NCBI RefSeq assembly: GCF_001194135.2
Contig: NC_068990.1
Coordinates: 87,822,314 to 87,886,034 of the forward strand
Length of the DNA stretch: 63,721 nucleotides
Reading direction: 5' to 3'
Origin: Octopus bimaculoides
Lineage: Eukaryota
Shown here: positions 38,721-51,231 of the stretch, piece by piece
How the letters are laid out: every line of letters begins with the position of its first letter
Numbering within the stretch: position 1 is the first letter of the stretch
Program-made: the position numbers and the translations under genes
Notes under the pieces: model-generated
What the model saw: only the letters and a program-made list of their open reading frames with translations
Told to the model about the DNA's origin: nothing
The model's database searches: none

Positions 38721-41458
38721 TAAAATCTTGTATTAGCATTTTGTCTATTATTATTATCATCATCATCATCATTATTATTATTGTTATTATTATTATTATT
38801 TGCCGCTGCTCTTACACTCAGTTTTTTTTTCCACAGGTTTCATAGAATGGTTGTATGGTACTGCTCGTGGACTCATAACAAACGAACTGTGGATAGGGAC
38901 CTTCACTATGGGCTAGTTATCGAGCTGGTCCACAGAGAAGGAACTTCCGGTTAGGCGGGAAAAACAGTCTGAGGATTGAAATGGCCGATCGTACTCTCCC
39001 TCACAGTTTAGCTGACTGAAGCGAAATAAACAATACACCGACACACTCTTGTTTCTGGTTATTTTATGAATAGCTTAACAAAGCTATATCGTTCTAATTG
39101 CAATTTTTTCACCATTCATTATCAAAGCTGCAAAATAAAAATAAACAATCAATGTTTATATGTTTCATATGAAAATATAGAATAAACAATTCAGCAAATT
39201 AACGATATAATATGGAGATACGAGTTGCTAAATCTCTTCAGCGAAAATCTGAAAAAACTTTTGACTCAATCTGGTAATTGTTTTAGGCGCCAAAAAATAG
39301 TTGCAAGTTTAGTGCAAACAATACCACGATTTTTCATTCAAGTTTGATAAAAATGCCAAAATTCTTTGAAAATAAGATTATTCTTAGATTTAAAGCATAA
39401 AATATGCATTTATTAAATAGTACATCTCCCTTGTCGTTTTCAAAATAGGATTTTTTAAGATGTTAGACCAAAAATTGTTTTCTGTATTCATTTTCATACC
39501 AAACAGCAATAATTAATCAATACAAATAATTCGTAATTAAAATAATAAGCACGACTGTTTTGTCTCAATAACAATTATTTTTTTCGTCTGCAAAAGAACA
39601 TTGCCAGAAAAAAAAATGGACTAGGCGGAATAAATGTGGAGACAGGAGTGATAACATTCTTAATTAATTCAACTTGGAAAAGTGCAGAACAGGAAGGGAA
39701 AATTTTTAAATATTGCCTCTGAAGCTGAAATTTGGATACAAGAATGCCTTTGTGTGCGAGGTTCGGTGGAAAAAGCAGGGAAACGATTAAAGGAAAGACT
39801 AGGGTGACCTTGGGCAGCATGTTAGTAATGCGGTCATATTTGAAGGTCCATGATTTTTACCTCCACAGAACTCTGCTATGCACAAGTCCAATTGAGGTCA
39901 TACTTCATAGATTATGCCGTGTCTGAGGAAAATAAACTAAAATTTGTGCTTCTTGAAGGAGGGAAGTTTATTGGTCAAGCTTTATAGAAGACATGATCGT
40001 TAGAGAGAGAGTTTCTTGGTATCAGGAGCTCAGAAGTATTGGACTGCCAGAGCTTCATGGGCAGGTATTCTAAACCCTTTGTTTCTAGTGGAGATGAATT
40101 TTCATTTTTAAAAGCAGAAGATAAACCTCAATAAAACCACAACACGATTTACCTCCGACTTATTTCTAAGCTGAAAAGATATTACTGCTTCTTTGACTCT
40201 TACTGAGCAGGTTAAAGTGCATGCTGATCTCTTCCCCCATCCCACCCCACTAGGTAAGCACATATTTCCGTATACCCAAATGTAAGTTCAGCTATGTTTA
40301 GTGAAACATAAGAAGAAAGTAGCTTACATTTTTTTTAATTTTAAAAGACAGGCAACACTACCCCCATCCACCCCACCACCACCACCACTTTTATCCACCA
40401 TATGTTATTTCATTAGGGGTAAATATAAAAAATTTCATATAGAATTTTCTTCATGGAGAAGTTAACATCTAAAGAGGGGATATACTTAAACGTTTGGATG
40501 AAAATAAAAACGTTTGGTCTTTTTCTAATTCCTTTTTTGTTTTTTATTTCAATTCAACTTCAGTTGCATTATTTTAAAGATTCAACGTTTTTTATCCTGT
40601 ACTTTTCCAGATTCATTTAATTAAGANNNNNNNNNNNNNNNNNNNNNNNNNNNNNNNNNNNNNNNNNNNNNNNNNNNNNNNNNNNNNNNNNNNNNNNNNN
40701 NNNNNNNNNNNNNNNNNNNNNNNNNNNNNNNNNNNNNNNNNNNNNNNNNNNNNNNNNNNNNNNNNNNNNNNNNNNNNNNNNNNNNNNNNNNNNNNNNNNN
40801 NNNNNNNNNNNNNNNNNNNNNNNNNNNNNNNNNNNNNNNNNNNNNNNNNNNNNNNNNNNNNNNNNNNNNNNNNNNNNNNNNNNNNNNNNNNNNNNNNNNN
40901 NNNNNNNNNNNNNNNNNNNNNNNNNNNNNNNNNNNNNNNNNNNNNNNNNNNNNNNNNNNNNNNNNNNNNNNNNNNNNNNNNNNNNNNNNNNNNNNNNNNN
41001 NNNNNNNNNNNNNNNNNNNNNNNNNNNNNNNNNNNNNNNNNNNNNNNNNNNNNNNNNNNNNNNNNNNNNNNNNNNNNNNNNNNNNNNNNNNNNNNNNNNN
41101 NNNNNNNNNNNNNNNNNNNNNNNNNNNNNNNNNNNNNNNNNNNNTGTGTGTGTGTCTGTGTGTGCGTGTGTGTGTGTGTCTGTGTGTCTGTGTGTGTGTC
41201 TGTGTGTGTGTGTGTATAGGGTATACTTTTCGTAATGAGATAAAAAAAACCAAGGTTTAGTATAATATAGAACATTTATAAATCGAATGTCTTACAGCTG
41301 TTTCCAGGATATTTATTATATTCCTTCATCGGAGACGGCGTGAGAGGATTATTAAGCAATAGTTAGTTTAGTTAAGATAGGAAATATAGAGTGAATGTAG
41401 GGATATTGTACTTGTAAATATATTGTTTAGGCAGAATGATATACATATAAGATTCCAG

Positions 41459-41490
<32 letters not shown>

Positions 41491-42299
41491 TGTACATCTA
41501 CGTAAATATATATGCAACAAGACCTTCATGCACACATGTATGTCTATGTGGTTGAGTGTTTGTGTATGTGTGTTTGTGCGTGCTTGTGTGTATGTATGAA
41601 AAGTAAGAACGTATTTATGTCGTTGCATATCTTACAAGTGCAGATCGTGATAATGGGGGAAATAGCATTTAATGAAAACTCTTGAGAACATTCTAGAAAT
41701 ATTCTACCTTTTGGAGTCCTAAACCAATATATACATCATTTCTCAAAGCTCTCGAAAAGCAAGTAAGATATATTACCTGCGAAGAAAAACACCTGTATCA
41801 CAATCATATCTTCGTAGCCGTCCACTTGATACTGTTGCACTGAATGAATTATAGGTATCAAACGTGTGTATGTATGAGTGTGCGTACGTATGTATTTATG
41901 TATGTGCGCGTGTATATATATATATATATATATATATNNNNNNNNNNNNNNNNNNNNNNNNNNNNNNNNNNNNNNNNNNNNNNNNNNNNNNNNNNNNNNN
42001 NNNNNNNNNNNNNNNNNNNNNNNNNNNNNNNNNNNNNNNNNNNNNNNNNNNNNNNNNNNNNNNNNNNNNNNNNNNNNNNNNNNNNNNNNNNNNNNNNNNN
42101 NNNNNNNNNNNNNNNNNNNNNNNNNNNNNNNNNNNNNNNNNNNNNNNNNNNNNNNNNNNNNNNNNNNNNNNNNNNNNNNNNNNNNNNNNNNNNNNNNNNN
42201 NNNNNNNNNNNNNNNNNNNNNNNNNNNNNNNNNNNNNNNNNNNNNNNNNNNTATATATATATATATATATATATATATTTACGTATATACATATGTGTG

Positions 42300-42333
<34 letters not shown>

Positions 42334-42493
42334 GTGTGTGTGCGTGTAAAATATATGTATGTATGTACATATATATATACTTATTTATATATATGTGTAT
42401 ATATATGAAACATATATGTAATATATATGTGTGTGTATATATATTTATAAACGTATATAACTATATACATATGCACACATATATACATATATA

Positions 42494-42588
<95 letters not shown>

Positions 42589-43683
42589 CAGAGTTTGTGT
42601 GCGTGTGTGTCTAAACTTACAAATATACACATATATTAATATGCGAACTTGAAACAACTTGAAATTGTAATAATGATGTGTATTAGTTATAACGAAAATA
42701 CAAACATAGAATGGCACTTAGTGATTTTTTAATTTTTTCTTGGAGAGTCTTGTGTTTTAAAAAATCACCGTGTTTGCTCAGAATATCGTCAACGGATTGT
42801 AAGACACAACTTCATTTGGTTGCTTCAGGAACGAACAATCCCGGACATCCTGAGTTACTCTGGAAAATATTCGTTCTGATCTAGTAGTCAATAAGGAAGA
42901 CATATGTGCATTTCAACAAACGCTAGTCAAGCTAGAAGTAAATTAAAATACGTCCTGTTGATTAAAGCTACCAGAGGAATGATAATATGTCTAGAGCCTA
43001 CTCGTACGGGTCTACAGCGTTATATCAGTAGCAACAAGAGTTCGCTTTGACCCCGAAGTCACTATAAGCAAATCATTTGTGCAGGTCTTTCGGCAAAACA
43101 ACTGAACATGAACACTCATATGTCGTCTTCGACGGGAAAGTCTGTCGTTATTGTTGTTGTTGTTGTTGTTGTTATTGTTATTATTTGTAACGAAAGTGTT
43201 CTATATTAACAGATTCTGATTGAGAGTGCCCCAGCGATATTTATAAGTCTTTGTATTGCTATTTTCTGGGGCGTGTATATGTTTATACTTCGTCAATTTC
43301 TTTAGAGAAATGGTTCTGACAGTTACAGAAGGTACGGTAGAAACATTCCTTAACTACCATATTGTTCTCTGATTCAATAGCTCGATCGGTGAAATTACTT
43401 AGCTTTGCAGATCGCTTCTGCACAATCGATTAATCATTTGATGTTGCCATGTCGATAATTAGAACACTGGTATAATTTTTGACATGAAAGACGATGTCTA
43501 GTAATATTATGTATAATGGCTGTCTGTAATTACAACAAGAGAGTACACCCTGCAGTTTGAAAAAATTAGAACTGCCCAGAAAATTATGAAAAGTAATGCC
43601 TGAAAATTACAAGATGTTGAAGTTTCACATGGCAGAGAGTCCAGAGATTATCTCGTTTGTGCGACCTTTGGTCGCATTACACT

Positions 43684-43835
43684 TTTTTCACAAGCTGAAT
43701 TAGTCATCCATGAAAGATCACGTAGTAAAAGACCCAAACTGGATGCTTGTGTGCATATTTTTTCACAAGCTGAATTAGTCATCCATGAAAGATCACGTAG
43801 TGCAAGACCCATACTGGATGATGTGTGCATAATAT
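43684..43835 (+). repeat. 75-bp tandem duplication (2 copies)
   Basis: TTTTCACAAGCTGAATTAGTCATCCATGAAAGATCACGTAGT, with CAAGC at 43691 and 43766. Confidence 0.9.
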
Positions 43836-44554
43836 GCGCACAGCTCCAACAGCCCCAGTGGAACAATGGTGTCTTTCGTGACCAAAGGGTTGAAAAACCA
43901 TTGAAGATGAATGCGCAAGAACGGAATTATTGTTTCCGTGATTCTTGACAAAATTATGTAGTATCATATTTGACACACACAAAATTTAAAAAATAAGGAA
44001 AATTCGCTCAAAATCAGAGCAAGGTAGTTATATGAAGGACTGTGATAGAAATTTAATTAAACGTGTTACAAGTATAAGTCTACAATGAGCAAGATTTGGC
44101 TGTTCTTGAAATCGAGCTAATGACCACCATATAATACCATCTCAAGAATGATAGCACCTCCTATAGTATTATGTGGTCAACCAATTACCAAATACGGCAA
44201 GGCCTTATCATGGCAACAGAGCTTCTTATGATCTATGTAGTAAATTATCTATTGAAATCCTAAAGTATAATGCCCATTGCCTTTCGAAACGCCAATGAAA
44301 CTGTTAGCACTTGAGTTCGTCAATTCTTCAAAACATTCTAGTTTTACTATAGATCGGTATGTCCCGCCTAGAATAGACCTACGTATTTCCTACCAACCTG
44401 ATTAGAGGGACCCATAATTCCCCTCACTTACTCTTTACCTTCTTGTCTTCAAACATTAGATTATATGCGATTGTTACATTCGGACCTATTTTTATTATTA
44501 ATTTTATTAAGTAATGTATGTGTATGTGTGTGTGCTTGTGTGCGTGCGTGTGTG

Positions 44555-44603
<49 letters not shown>

Positions 44604-44619
44604 ATGTGTGGTGTGTATT

Positions 44620-44775
44620 TTTGTCCCCACCACCGCTTGGCAACCGGTATTGGAGTTTTTGTGTCCCCCTAACCTAGCGATTCGGCAAAAGTGAGCGTTT
44701 CGTTCGGCCAAAATTCTTCAAAGCGCTGCCCCAGTTTGACCGCTGCCTAATGGCTGAAACACGAAAAAGATTAAA
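44620..44775 (+). mobile_element. Partly deleted SINE 3' module
   Basis: CTTGGCAACCGGTATTGG...CTAGCGATTCGGCAAAAG...GGCTGAAACACGAAAAAG. Confidence 0.65.
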
Positions 44776-44793
44776 AGATATATGCGTATATAT

Positions 44794-44862
<69 letters not shown>

Positions 44863-45676
44863 GAAAGAGAGAGAGAGAGAGAGAGNNNNNNNNNNAGAGG
44901 GAGAGAGAGAGTGAGAAAGAGTGAGAGAGAGAGAGAGGGAGAGAGAGAGTGAGAGAGAGAGAGTGAGAGAGAGAGAGTGAGAGAGAGAGAGTGTGAGAGA
45001 GAGAGAGAGAGGCACACACATATATATGCACATATATATACATACATATAAATATATATATATATATAAAAGCACGTGTGTGTGTGTACATACATATATA
45101 CCTTGACTTTTTATTTCTTAGTATTCTTATTCTTTTGAAGAAGAAATTGGTTTCTAACAAAGAAACAAAAATTCCATCACTAGAAATTAGATAACAATAT
45201 CGATAATTATTATCTATTGATCATCAAGAACGTCTTCCATATTTTTACTGTTTCACTTACAAATTGTATCTATTAACATCGTATTGGCCGGTCTCTTTCT
45301 TCACTTGAAAATTTTAGCTTCTTTTCCGATGGGCGCTTAGACATTTGTTAACATAACCATCTGCACCAACGGTTTATTGGCATAAATGTACATTTATAAT
45401 CAGGGTAGAAGAGCTGCTGGTATGTATGTATATATATATATATATGTATGTTTGTATGTAGACAGATTATTCCAATATTTTAAGTTGAAACAGTAACTCA
45501 CGAGCGGTATCTGACGTCAGTTGGTCAAATGTTTGTTTTAGTATATAGTAAATATTTTACCTAACACATCTTAAACATAATATAATAAACACAGCTGCAG
45601 CAACAACTACAATAACTACAATAGCAACAGTAGCAACAACAACAACAATAACGTCAACAACAACAATGATAAAAGC

Positions 45677-45724
<48 letters not shown>

Positions 45725-45727
<3 letters not shown>

Positions 45728-46022
45728 GACCTGGAAATAGAGATAACTCGAATGTGGAATCTAAAAACAGAAACAATTCCTATCATAGTAGGTGCCTTAG
45801 GTATAATAAAAAAATATTCAGACAAATACATAACAAAAATAGCAGGACTTACAAATATATATAACATACAGAAAATTTCACTACTGGGTACTGCACACAT
45901 TCTACGCAAAACACTTTCAATACAGTAAACATAAGAGCACCACAGCAAACCACAGCACATACCCAAGGCGCACAGAGCTGCGCTCGGTAGTGAAGTGAAA
46001 GCACGTTATAAAAATAAAACTA

Positions 46023-46025
<3 letters not shown>
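45725..46025 (+). mobile_element. 5'-truncated R4/Dong-like retrotransposon embedded in (TAA)n
   Basis: (TAA)n lies on both sides. Frame 45725-45928 reads KDLEIEITRMWNLKTETIPIIVGALG...ILRKTLSIQ*. Three substitutions seen versus the copy at 1-293. Confidence 0.87.
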
Positions 46026-46088
<63 letters not shown>

Positions 46089-46291
46089 TTATAACTGAGA
46101 GAGAATCCGTTTATGTTTGTGCGAATACGTCTAGGTTTAAAAACATTAAAGAAACACTACTTAAACTTAAGCAGTTTCGATAAAAGAAAAGATAATAATC
46201 AAATGCTGACATTTATTCCTATTGATAAAGTCTTGCACATAATAAGGTGTTAATTTGATTTAGGTGACGAGTGAGATGTCTACTGTTTAAG

Positions 46292-46393
46292 ATAATGGGT
46301 TTAAAAATGGCAATGAGGAGGGTGATCCTAGCAATAGAGAGGGTGACCCTAGCAATGGAACAGGTTACCCTAGCATTGGGAGCGATGTACCTG
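46292..46393 (+). CDS. Candidate 102-bp internal exon (phase 1-1) with 21-bp/7-aa repeats, unknown gene
   Basis: Acceptor TCTACTGTTTAAG and consensus donor CTG|GTGAGT. Open frame (D)NGFKNGNEEGDPSNREGDPSNGTGYPSIGSDVP(G). No homology recognised. Confidence 0.35.
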
Positions 46394-47522
46394 GTGAGTC
46401 AAAGTTTGAGTTTATTTCTGCTAGAAGTTTAGTTCTGGAATCACTTTACTTTTCTGATTATAAATGGTTTTGTAGCAGAGTGCAATCATCAGCAAACAGA
46501 AAGTCATATAGAATCCCTTCCTTTGTCTTTTTTCTTTGATTTGATACTTTGCCCTTTCCGGGTTAGTAGGCCCTCTTATTTCTGTGCCTACGTGTCCGTG
46601 GGAGTGCGAGAACATGATAAATATATTTACTTGCAGTCCGCAAGTAAATCAGTTGTCGGCGAAAACATCTTGACAATAAACATTGGGTAGCAAACAGCGG
46701 TATCAAATTACTAAGCAGATACTGTGTAGTACGGTCAGCCATCCTAATGACTTTAGGGAAGACGCTAGCTATTAATGGGTGGATGATTCTAGAGACACAA
46801 AGACATCTTATAAATTGATCTATTCGTTCATATATTTATATTCCTTTCATTCGTTTGTTCTCTTTGATTCATCCTATTTCTTTTCCGGTTAATTTGGATT
46901 TGTGGTTTATTATGTTTTTGTTTTGTTTTAACAATGGTATGCTAATTAAATAATAATAACATCTTCAACAAAGGGTATGTATTTTGTCAAATAAGAATTA
47001 ATTCGGCAAATTAATTAATAATTAATTCAATTTATACATTAACTTGATGAGCTGATACCCTCCGGCATTGTTTAGATAACACTGATTCAGTGTATTATTT
47101 CGTATATTATATAATAATATTCCAGCAATAATCTTCTGGTAAAATGTCGCTGAAGCAATAACAGAATTATGTAATGAAACGAGTTGCTCACTCCATTCTC
47201 CTTGTTAATGTTTATATAAACTCGACGGATATTTACGGATTTTCAGATATATCATCAGTTAAGTGATCTATTTTCGTTATATAATAGTATCTGATAGCCG
47301 ATACCCATGAACGGAAGGTTACAATTTTAATATCAAAGATCCCTATGGATCACACAGGTTGTAATCCTTTGAAACATATGTAGGAATAAAGTATGCAATT
47401 ATAACATGCGTTTTCTCCATTCCTTAAATTCTTATATATATATATATATATATATATNNNNNNNNNNNNNNNNNNNNNNNNNNNNNNNNNNNNNNNNNNN
47501 NNNNNNNNNNNNNNNNNNNNNN

Positions 47523-47571
<49 letters not shown>

Positions 47572-48286
47572 ATATGTATATATATAAGCACTTTCGAAAT
47601 GAATTAGCTAAACAACAAATTCATTCAAAAATAGACTTCAATAACACGTCCATTCATTTAATAAAAAATGTACCACCTCCTTCTCTGAATTTATTTGGAA
47701 ACTAAAAGCCTCCAACATACCTTATATCTCTTGAAAAGTTATCTTCCTTATTAAGTCTTTCAGAAATAATATTAAGTTTTGTCAACTTTCTACTGTTAAA
47801 TTATAAGAAATGATCCTCTCCAAACAATTGCCATCCTGAAATAATCTTTTATTGCCGGCACCGAACTTATGAACTCTAAAATACTATAAGACCCTGAAAA
47901 TTACAAACAAACAATACTTCTAAAACATTTGCTTTTCATGGCTGACATTACAAATTCAAATTATTTTCTGCATTATGTGTGATTTTTTTTTATCTGCACG
48001 AATTAGGTTAAATGAAATGGCGAATGCAACTATATCGCATATACGTGTTTTTATATCAAAGTGCCTGAATCTCCTTTTAAAAATGGTGCCACCGCTTTAA
48101 CACTTACTTATCAATAAGTCTGCTCATATAAACATATTTGTTTATGTATGCGTGTATGTTTATGTATGTGTGTGAGTATGTGTGAATACATCTACACGCA
48201 GGATTTTTTACTCTTTATTTTTTATTTTTTATTTCGATTTTATTTTATACTTCAAATTAATTTCTAACTGTAAGCACAGAAATATA

Positions 48287-48715
48287 CCAGGCCATTCCAT
48301 AAGTTCTGTCCGAATCTTGAATAAAGAAAACAAGTGATCAAATGTTATATTTAATTGACATTTAATCATCAATGTACTTTCCCTGATTATCTTCCATCTA
48401 TTTACAAGCTTTTTAATCCCATCAATGTAAAACTCTTTTGGTTTCAAAGCGAAGAACTCGACCTCCTCCTGGCTTGCGAAAGTTATGTCCCCCAAATGAT
48501 TCTGTAAACTACAAAACAACTAGTAGTCTGAAGGAGCAAGGTCGGGAGAATAAGGTAGATGTGGAATTTTTTCCCAACCAAGCTCTTCGATCTTCTGCAA
48601 TGTGATCTTTGAAGCGTGGAGTCACGCATTGTCCTGATGAAACATCACTCCTTTTCGATTCACTAAAGCGGGTCTTTTTTTCTTCAATACTACACTTTCT
48701 GTACACCGCTTTATA
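48287..48715 (-). mobile_element. Mariner transposon 3' half with one terminus
   Basis: Minus strand: FHQDNA*LHASKITLQKIEELGWEKIPHLPYSPDLAPSDY*LFCSLQNHL...FFALKPKEFYIDGIKKLVNRW. Putative TIR CCAGGCCATTCCATAAG next to TA at 48285-86. Confidence 0.88.
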
Positions 48716-49838
48716 TTTTGCTCCTTAGTCGTATTTCCGGTATACGTGTGATAGCAGTTGTGTTACTTCCCCCCGTTTTTAGCTAGCATACAAGTTATTG
48801 TTAATTTTAATGAATTCAGAAGAGATTGTAATACCTCTGAGTGGCTCTTGCAGTTTTCGCGTGAAGCAAAATATCTGCGATGTTTATTTCACCATTCGTT
48901 CATTTAAATTAATTACTCTAAATTAAGTCTGTTTTTTTTCATTAAAAGTTACATTACTTATTCAACAAGCTTCTAACAGCATTGAGTAATTCAATAGCAC
49001 TTATTAACAACAGCGCCATAAATTGATTTATACACCTTATATCAACTTGTAATACGACAAACGAGATTTTCATGGAGAATTTAAACTTATTGCTGTTCTT
49101 TTATTTTGCAGACAAATATACACACAATTATTTCAGAAATTTCTTATTTATTTTAAAGGATAGATATTTCTTTCACATAAATTGCATACAATGCTTTAAT
49201 TTTTTTCGAATGAAAATTTTTTCAAAGTCCGTCCAGTTGCAATATACTCTGAACTATGTTAAGCTATTGTTTTCGAGTTGACCTTTATAGCAACCTATAT
49301 CCAATAAATCTTGTCGTAAATTTTTCTTGCCTCACTTCCAACCTAACCCTTCCTTTCGTCTGTCCGTCTACTAATATATCTACTTAATCTTTTTTCAGCT
49401 TGACCTTTGCCCCATTTAGTTTCCTACCTTGAATACAATCAAAACTTATTGAAATTTTTAACAAATTGTAAAACCCATCATACACCCTTATATTTTGACA
49501 AAGCGTCCCTCTATTTGAAAAACATTAGTAAAGACTCTTTCACTATTTGAAAAAGCGGACAGGTAAAACTTGAAGCTCCAGTCAGCTTGATGTTCATACT
49601 GAGGTTAATCGTGAATAGTCACCGAAGCATCTAGACGCCCCACAAGGTGATGTGTGTTAATTTTTATAGGTGGTTTGGTTGACAGCAATTCTTTTTGCTT
49701 GCTTAATTCGCATTGATGTAAAATCTATTTTGAGATGCATTTGTATGCGCGCTTGTGTATAAGTGTGTAAATGGGAATATGTACATATATATGAACAAGT
49801 ATGTATGTATATGTACATATTTGCATATAGATACATAC

Positions 49839-49899
<61 letters not shown>

Positions 49900-49932
49900 C
49901 ATACATATATATGTATATATATTCACGTACGA

Positions 49933-50130
49933 AGCGTCGAGCTGGTAGAATCGTTAGCACGCCGGGCGAAATGCTTAGTGGTATTTCGTCTGTCTTTACG
50001 TTCTGAGTTCAAATTCCGCCGAGGTCGACTTTGCTTTTCATTCTCTCGGGGTCGATAAATTAAGTACCAGTTGCGTACTGGGGTCGACTGATCGACTGGC
50101 CGCCTTCCCCAAAAATTTCGGGCCTTGTGC
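49933..50130 (+). mobile_element. Full-length SINE family A with ~14-bp TSD
   Basis: Family A head and body. TATATATATTCACG occurs on both sides. Confidence 0.87.
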
Positions 50131-50685
50131 CTAGAGTAGAAAATATATATATTCACGCATACACATAGATAGATAGATAGATAGATGTTCCTCAAAGTAT
50201 CTCAAGGTTTATTTGTGTGGAGCATTTTTCGAAATTACTCAACAATAAACACTCACGCGCACACACGCACGCACGCACGCACACACACAAGCACGTGCGC
50301 ACACACCTATCATTCCTCTGCACATTCTATTCTTCGTATTGGTCAACAGGAAAAGATTTTACATCTTTTAAGATATCCGTTTGCATCTTCTTTTTTTTAT
50401 TTTAATTTTATTATTTACTTTTATCTTCACTTCCGGATTTGTCGCCGAGTCTGATCCCATCTGTGTGTCTGTTTGTTAAAATGGCAAAGAGAATCTATTA
50501 CGAAATTCGTTTTTATTGTATCATATTATATTATAACATATGTTAGAGACTGTGGAATGTAATAACTTCCTCCGCCGCCGACAAAGAAGACAGTCTAGTG
50601 TATTGGAATAATTCCACATGTTCTTTTCTTCCCCTCCACGCACCACCATTTAAAGGTGTTTATACAATTACATCAAACACGTAGC

Positions 50686-51150
50686 CTCCATGCGTCCAGT
50701 CCATATGAAAGGTCTCCCACTGTAAATGACGCAGTATTCGGTGCTCAAATAAGACATCCTGGTTAAGTTGGATACAAATATTACCTTTTGGTATTAATAC
50801 TGCTGCTGCTAAAAATTATTATTTTTATAAGCCTGTTAGCTATTTGTGACATCAGTGCCTAAACGGGCACTGAAAATTCATATATCGCTGGCAGAGAGAT
50901 TTGGCTGTATGCGGCGACCGGGAGTCTGCCACTGATAAGACGAGGTACGTCGAAATCACGTGATCTAGCAGCTCTCATACCCGTAGCAGACGATTTTCGC
51001 CTGTCAACAATATAAATGTGTGCGCTTTTATGCACCATGCACCCATATGGGAGGTCCTCTCAAGGCAAATAACGCAGTATTCAGCGCTTTAACAATACAT
51101 CCACGTTAAGTTGGCTATAAAGATTGCCCTTTTAGTATTTATACTCCTTC
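50686..51150 (+). mobile_element. Partial tandem (~1.35 monomers) of the 343-bp hammerhead-bearing repeat (family 1)
   Basis: ACGCAGTATTC at 50729 and 51072 (period 343). Shares GGTATTAATACTGC, ATAAGCCTG.T.GCTATTTG.GA.ATCAGTG and GGCAG.GAGATTTG with 20926-21060. Confidence 0.85.
50920..50976 (+). ncRNA. Type I hammerhead ribozyme motif (family 1 variant)
   Basis: GGGAG T CTGCCA [CTGATAA] GACG-AGGTA-CGTC [GAAA] TCACGTGA T C TAGCAG CTCTC. Perfect stem II, perfect palindromic stem III (ATCACGTGAT), AUC triplet, 10 of 11 stem I pairs. Core G8A. Confidence 0.78.
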
Positions 51151-51184
51151 GGTCGCTAATAATTGTGCATGCGTGCATGCGTGC

Positions 51185-51231
<47 letters not shown>

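Noticed and set aside
39700-39800. VRWKKQG as an AP-endonuclease QEVRW motif
   Set aside because: It needs a frameshift and no other APE motifs follow.
47036-47290. CTGATGA...GAAAATCC on the minus strand
   Set aside because: No stem II can form and no monomer repeat is visible.
49590-49640. GTGA-ATAG-TCAC hairpin followed by CGAAGCATCTAG
   Set aside because: No CUGANGA directly upstream and no GAAA.
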